A stretch of DNA of 63,910 bases, the filler included, from Licmophora abbreviata (Eukaryota), in assembly GCA_900291995.1 (NCBI GenBank). It is 13 parts of 13 records of this genome, joined end to end, with 100 filler letters (N's around TTAATTAATTAA, not from the genome) between each part and the next. Parts side by side here need not be neighbours in the genome. Positions count along the whole stretch, not along the records: positions 60,543 to 62,660 come from OLMU01000862.1; positions 62,761 to 63,910 come from OLMU01000874.1; 11 more parts are not named here. One strand, written 5' to 3'. The position numbers and the translations under genes were made by a program. The notes beneath the pieces are model-generated. The model did not search any database. It worked only from the letters and a program-made list of their open reading frames with translations, and was not told the origin of the DNA. This document shows, piece after piece, positions 60,963-63,910 of the stretch (within the stretch, counting starts at the first letter, position 1; every line of letters starts with the position of its first letter).

Positions 60963-62066
60963 ATGGGTATCAAGACTAGCAGTACTGCTGCACGGGTGCG
61001 TGTAGGCATCTGCTCCTTCTTGATGGCACCTTTATTGGTGGCCCTTGTGAGCATCCCCATCCTCAAGACAATACAAAAAGGTCATCCGTTGAAGTACGTG
61101 TATGCCAATCTTCTCCTCTTCACCCCCTTTCGCCAGCAGGCCATGGAAACATGGCCCAAAGTGCTGGAGTTAGGCGCCGAGATTATTCCCAGACATAAAA
61201 TTGCTGAAATGAACGCCGCTGACTTCACCATGGACTCTTTGGACAAGTTGTCCAATCATTTTCGCGACCCCGTGCTGATTCGAGGATTGTTCTCCGATAC
61301 GCCTGCCCTTACCTTGTGGGAGAAGCCAGGATACCTTCGAGAGAAACTGGGAGATCTGTACGTTCCCGTTGTCAATGATGCCGGCTACTCTAGCACGCAA
61401 GAGGATCGAACGGCCATGTACTTTCGAGATGCCGCTGAGGAGATCATGAACAATGCCAACTCCACCAAGTATCTCTTCTTTCCAGTCAAATCGCGCTTCC
61501 ACAGCAACTTTAGTGCCGTCCAAACAGAAGAAAGTATTGAACGCATCAATCAGCTTGTGCTGGATGATTTGCACATCGACTCCAAAATATTCCGAGGATT
61601 CGGCACTGAAAGTCACAAGACCTACGCCGGTGCACAACTCATCATTGGGCAGGGGCATGCTGATTCCGAGAAGAGCACTGGCACAGGGTGGCATTGCGCC
61701 CCCGGAAATAATTGGTTTGTTCAGGTGACAGGACGTAAACGTTGGTATTTCATTGATCCGGCCTATTCGCCCTATCTTCACCCGCTACGGGGTGGAACAG
61801 TGAACATGGCGACCGGCACAGCCAACATGTCCTACTATGAACAGTTTATTCCTGTTGGGTATGGTGACGTCGAAGCGGGCGATGTGCTGTACAATCCCGA
61901 TTGGCAATGGCATACCATTGTCAATTATGAAGGCCTTAGCATCGGGGTGCCTATGCGAGAGTTCAATGTATCGCTCAGCGTACAGAACAATGCTCAGTTT
62001 ACGTCCATTGTGGGGATCAACGTACTGCTTGACAAGTTTGGACTGTCGATTGGTGGGTACGCATAG
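60963..62066 (+). CDS. JmjC/cupin-like domain protein with an N-terminal membrane anchor
   Basis: PVLIRG, TGWHCAPGNNWFVQVTGRKRWYF and GDVLYNPDWQWHTIVN. Confidence 0.88.
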   Translation: MGIKTSSTAARVRVGICSFLMAPLLVALVSIPILKTIQKGHPLKYVYANLLLFTPFRQQAMETWPKVLELGAEIIPRHKIAEMNAADFTMDSLDKLSNHFRDPVLIRGLFSDTPALTLWEKPGYLREKLGDLYVPVVNDAGYSSTQEDRTAMYFRDAAEEIMNNANSTKYLFFPVKSRFHSNFSAVQTEESIERINQLVLDDLHIDSKIFRGFGTESHKTYAGAQLIIGQGHADSEKSTGTGWHCAPGNNWFVQVTGRKRWYFIDPAYSPYLHPLRGGTVNMATGTANMSYYEQFIPVGYGDVEAGDVLYNPDWQWHTIVNYEGLSIGVPMREFNVSLSVQNNAQFTSIVGINVLLDKFGLSIGGYA

Positions 62067-62760
62067 CGAACAAAGAGGACCGGCGCTTGTGACACGTGGC
62101 TCACACACTTTCGACTAGATGGCGAACAGAGTCAGTCAGTCTGGAGGATACCTGTAGACAAACAGCTTTGTACAAATCCTCAACGTTTTCATTCAGGTAG
62201 CTCGTACTAGCAAGGAATACATGTCATACGACGTGGTATACTCGAGCACGTACATCTTATGAGGAAGTACTGCAATAGATAATCTGCTGAATTGTCTCTA
62301 TAGTAGTCCCTGTCGAGTTACTGTTCTAGAGGAAAAAAGCACCCCCTACTAGTACATCGTCGCAATCGCTCACCTATCTTTGTACACGCATACTCACTGC
62401 CCTCAGTCATTACAGTGAAAAAGGCTTGGGCATTTTGATTTGCTTCAACGTGGGTTCCGCCGTGAAAGAGCCGTAGAGAGATTCGGGCTGCGCCACGTTG
62501 CTGTTGCTTCGGGGACGCGCCTTGCTGTCGACAGAGGAGTGCTGGTGGGGCTGACCGCGATTAACAAGAACAAATGAAACAGTGTTAGTGTTCAGTTAGC
62601 GTGATGAAAGCGAAATGCAAAGGAACAACAACGTCCGTGCTGCGACATTCTCGATCGGCGNNNNNNNNNNNNNNNNNNNNNNNNNNNNNNNNNNNNNNNN
62701 NNNNTTAATTAATTAANNNNNNNNNNNNNNNNNNNNNNNNNNNNNNNNNNNNNNNNNNNN

Positions 62761-63910
62761 GCCACAGTCAATGAAGCAGCCACAGCCATGGCAAAAGCTT
62801 CGCTCCCAAACTCGACACTAAGAACTCCGCCATATAAACCATTCTTCATTTGCTTCTTAGCTACAGCATGTCGAGGATGCGAATCGAGTCCAGGGTAGTG
62901 GACGGCCGTAACAGATGATGGGCGCTCTATCTTGACTTTCTGTAGATGCTGAGCTAGGCGCAATGCAGTTTGACTTTGACGCTCCACGCGCACGTGGAGT
63001 GATCGCAGGCCCCGCAACGTCAGCCAGGAATCAAACGGTGATGCCACTGCGCCCATGGCCTCTTGCACCTGCTGCAGTCTGGGTCCCATTTGTCGACCCC
63101 GTTCGGTCCAAGGCGACATGGTTGCCACTCCGACGAGAACATCTGAATGTCCACCGAGATATTTGGTTGCAGAGTGAATAGATATATCCGCACCGAGCTG
63201 TGGTTACAATTGTATGTTACGAATCCAGAAAAGTTAAAGTTGCGGCGACGACACATCAGATAAAATTGATAATCATGTTCCTCCTGACTTACTCTCAGTG
63301 GCTGTGTCAGGCATGGCGGTGCCAGGGTCGAGTCTACGACGGTCATTATATTCGTCTTCACTGCACATTGCTGGACGATGTGACATACTTGGGCGATGTC
63401 AATCACATGACACATTGGATTCGATGGCGTTTCCATCCACACAATCAAATCGGATGCATCTCTACTATTTGCTGCAGTGATCGCCTGCTCGATAGACGAA
63501 GTATCTGTGAAATCAACATGTTCGTATTTCACCTGAAAGCGCTTCATGACCTCTTCCAAGACAGTCGGCACGCCATGGTACAGATCGGCAGGGACTAGAA
63601 CCGTCACCGGCGATGCATGCGCCATGACGACACTCGACACGGCACCCATGCCCGACGCGAAGGCACAAGATACGGCATTCTCGACTTCTCGCGTATCACC
63701 ATGGCATTCTAGGCGTCCGATCGTTTCCTCTAGCAACAGCCTCGTTGGATTGTCCATGCGCGCATATTTCGAATCGTTGTCGTGATAGGGACCGTCGGGG
63801 GGTCGAGTGTAGGTAGTAGCGAGATGTATGGGAGGCGACATGGGAGCGTTGTCAATCGATGATACCAGACCCGCGTGAGCGAGGTGAGTCGAAAGACCAA
63901 CCGAACTGTC
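62761..63910 (-). CDS. Cys/Met-metabolism PLP-dependent enzyme (cystathionine gamma-lyase/synthase family), partial at both ends; intron 63198-63292
   Basis: SPPIHLATTY, YARMDNPTR, FASGMGA, WMETPSNP, VVDSTLA, spliced HSATKYLGGHSD (PLP lysine), RGLRSL and HYPGL. Confidence 0.93.

Larger units (their letters stand above)
9366..62760. other. Twelve artificial 100-nt scaffold linkers (N44-TTAATTAATTAA-N44) at 9366-9465, 13814-13913, 20813-20912, 23273-23372, 25868-25967, 31489-31588, 36476-36575, 38248-38347, 51895-51994, 57064-57163, 60443-60542, 62661-62760
   Basis: Identical length and a central 12-mer giving stops in all six frames; several interrupt otherwise continuous genes. Confidence 0.98.

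Noticed and set aside
62409..62660. Possible terminal exon on the minus strand (...QPESLYGSFTAEPTLKQIKMPKPFSL*)
   Set aside because: Short, no recognisable domain, upstream lost in a gap, and it does not resemble the C-terminus of the neighbouring PLP enzyme.
9366..62760. Recurrent TTAATTAATTAA palindrome within N runs, as a possible repeat family
   Set aside because: Fixed 100-nt format with six-frame stops marks an artificial scaffolding linker; ORFs ending in X..LIN are artefacts.

Overview
Gene-dense eukaryotic DNA, almost certainly from a diatom nucleus: it has a silicon transporter, short GT-AG introns, bipartite plastid-targeting presequences and diatom-type Pro/Ser/Thr-rich surface proteins. 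It is a scaffold of 13 contigs joined by 12 artificial 100-nt N/TTAATTAATTAA linkers. About 29 protein-coding genes are supported; no RNA genes, CRISPR arrays or convincing mobile elements were seen. Highlights: (1) one 4-exon gene of about 1497 aa fusing three complete silicon transporter (SIT) units, with shifted intron positions and a gene-conversion-like tract; (2) three clustered membrane-anchored PhoX-type phosphatases on Pro/Thr/Ser stalks of about 65, 385 and 80 aa; (3) a receptor-like single-pass membrane protein with a mucin-like ectodomain and a cytoplasmic RRM visible only after splicing; (4) a JmjC protein with H-x-A instead of H-x-D/E; (5) a radical-SAM-like protein lacking CxxxCxxC. 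All splice models were read by eye and all family calls come from recognised motifs, not database searches.
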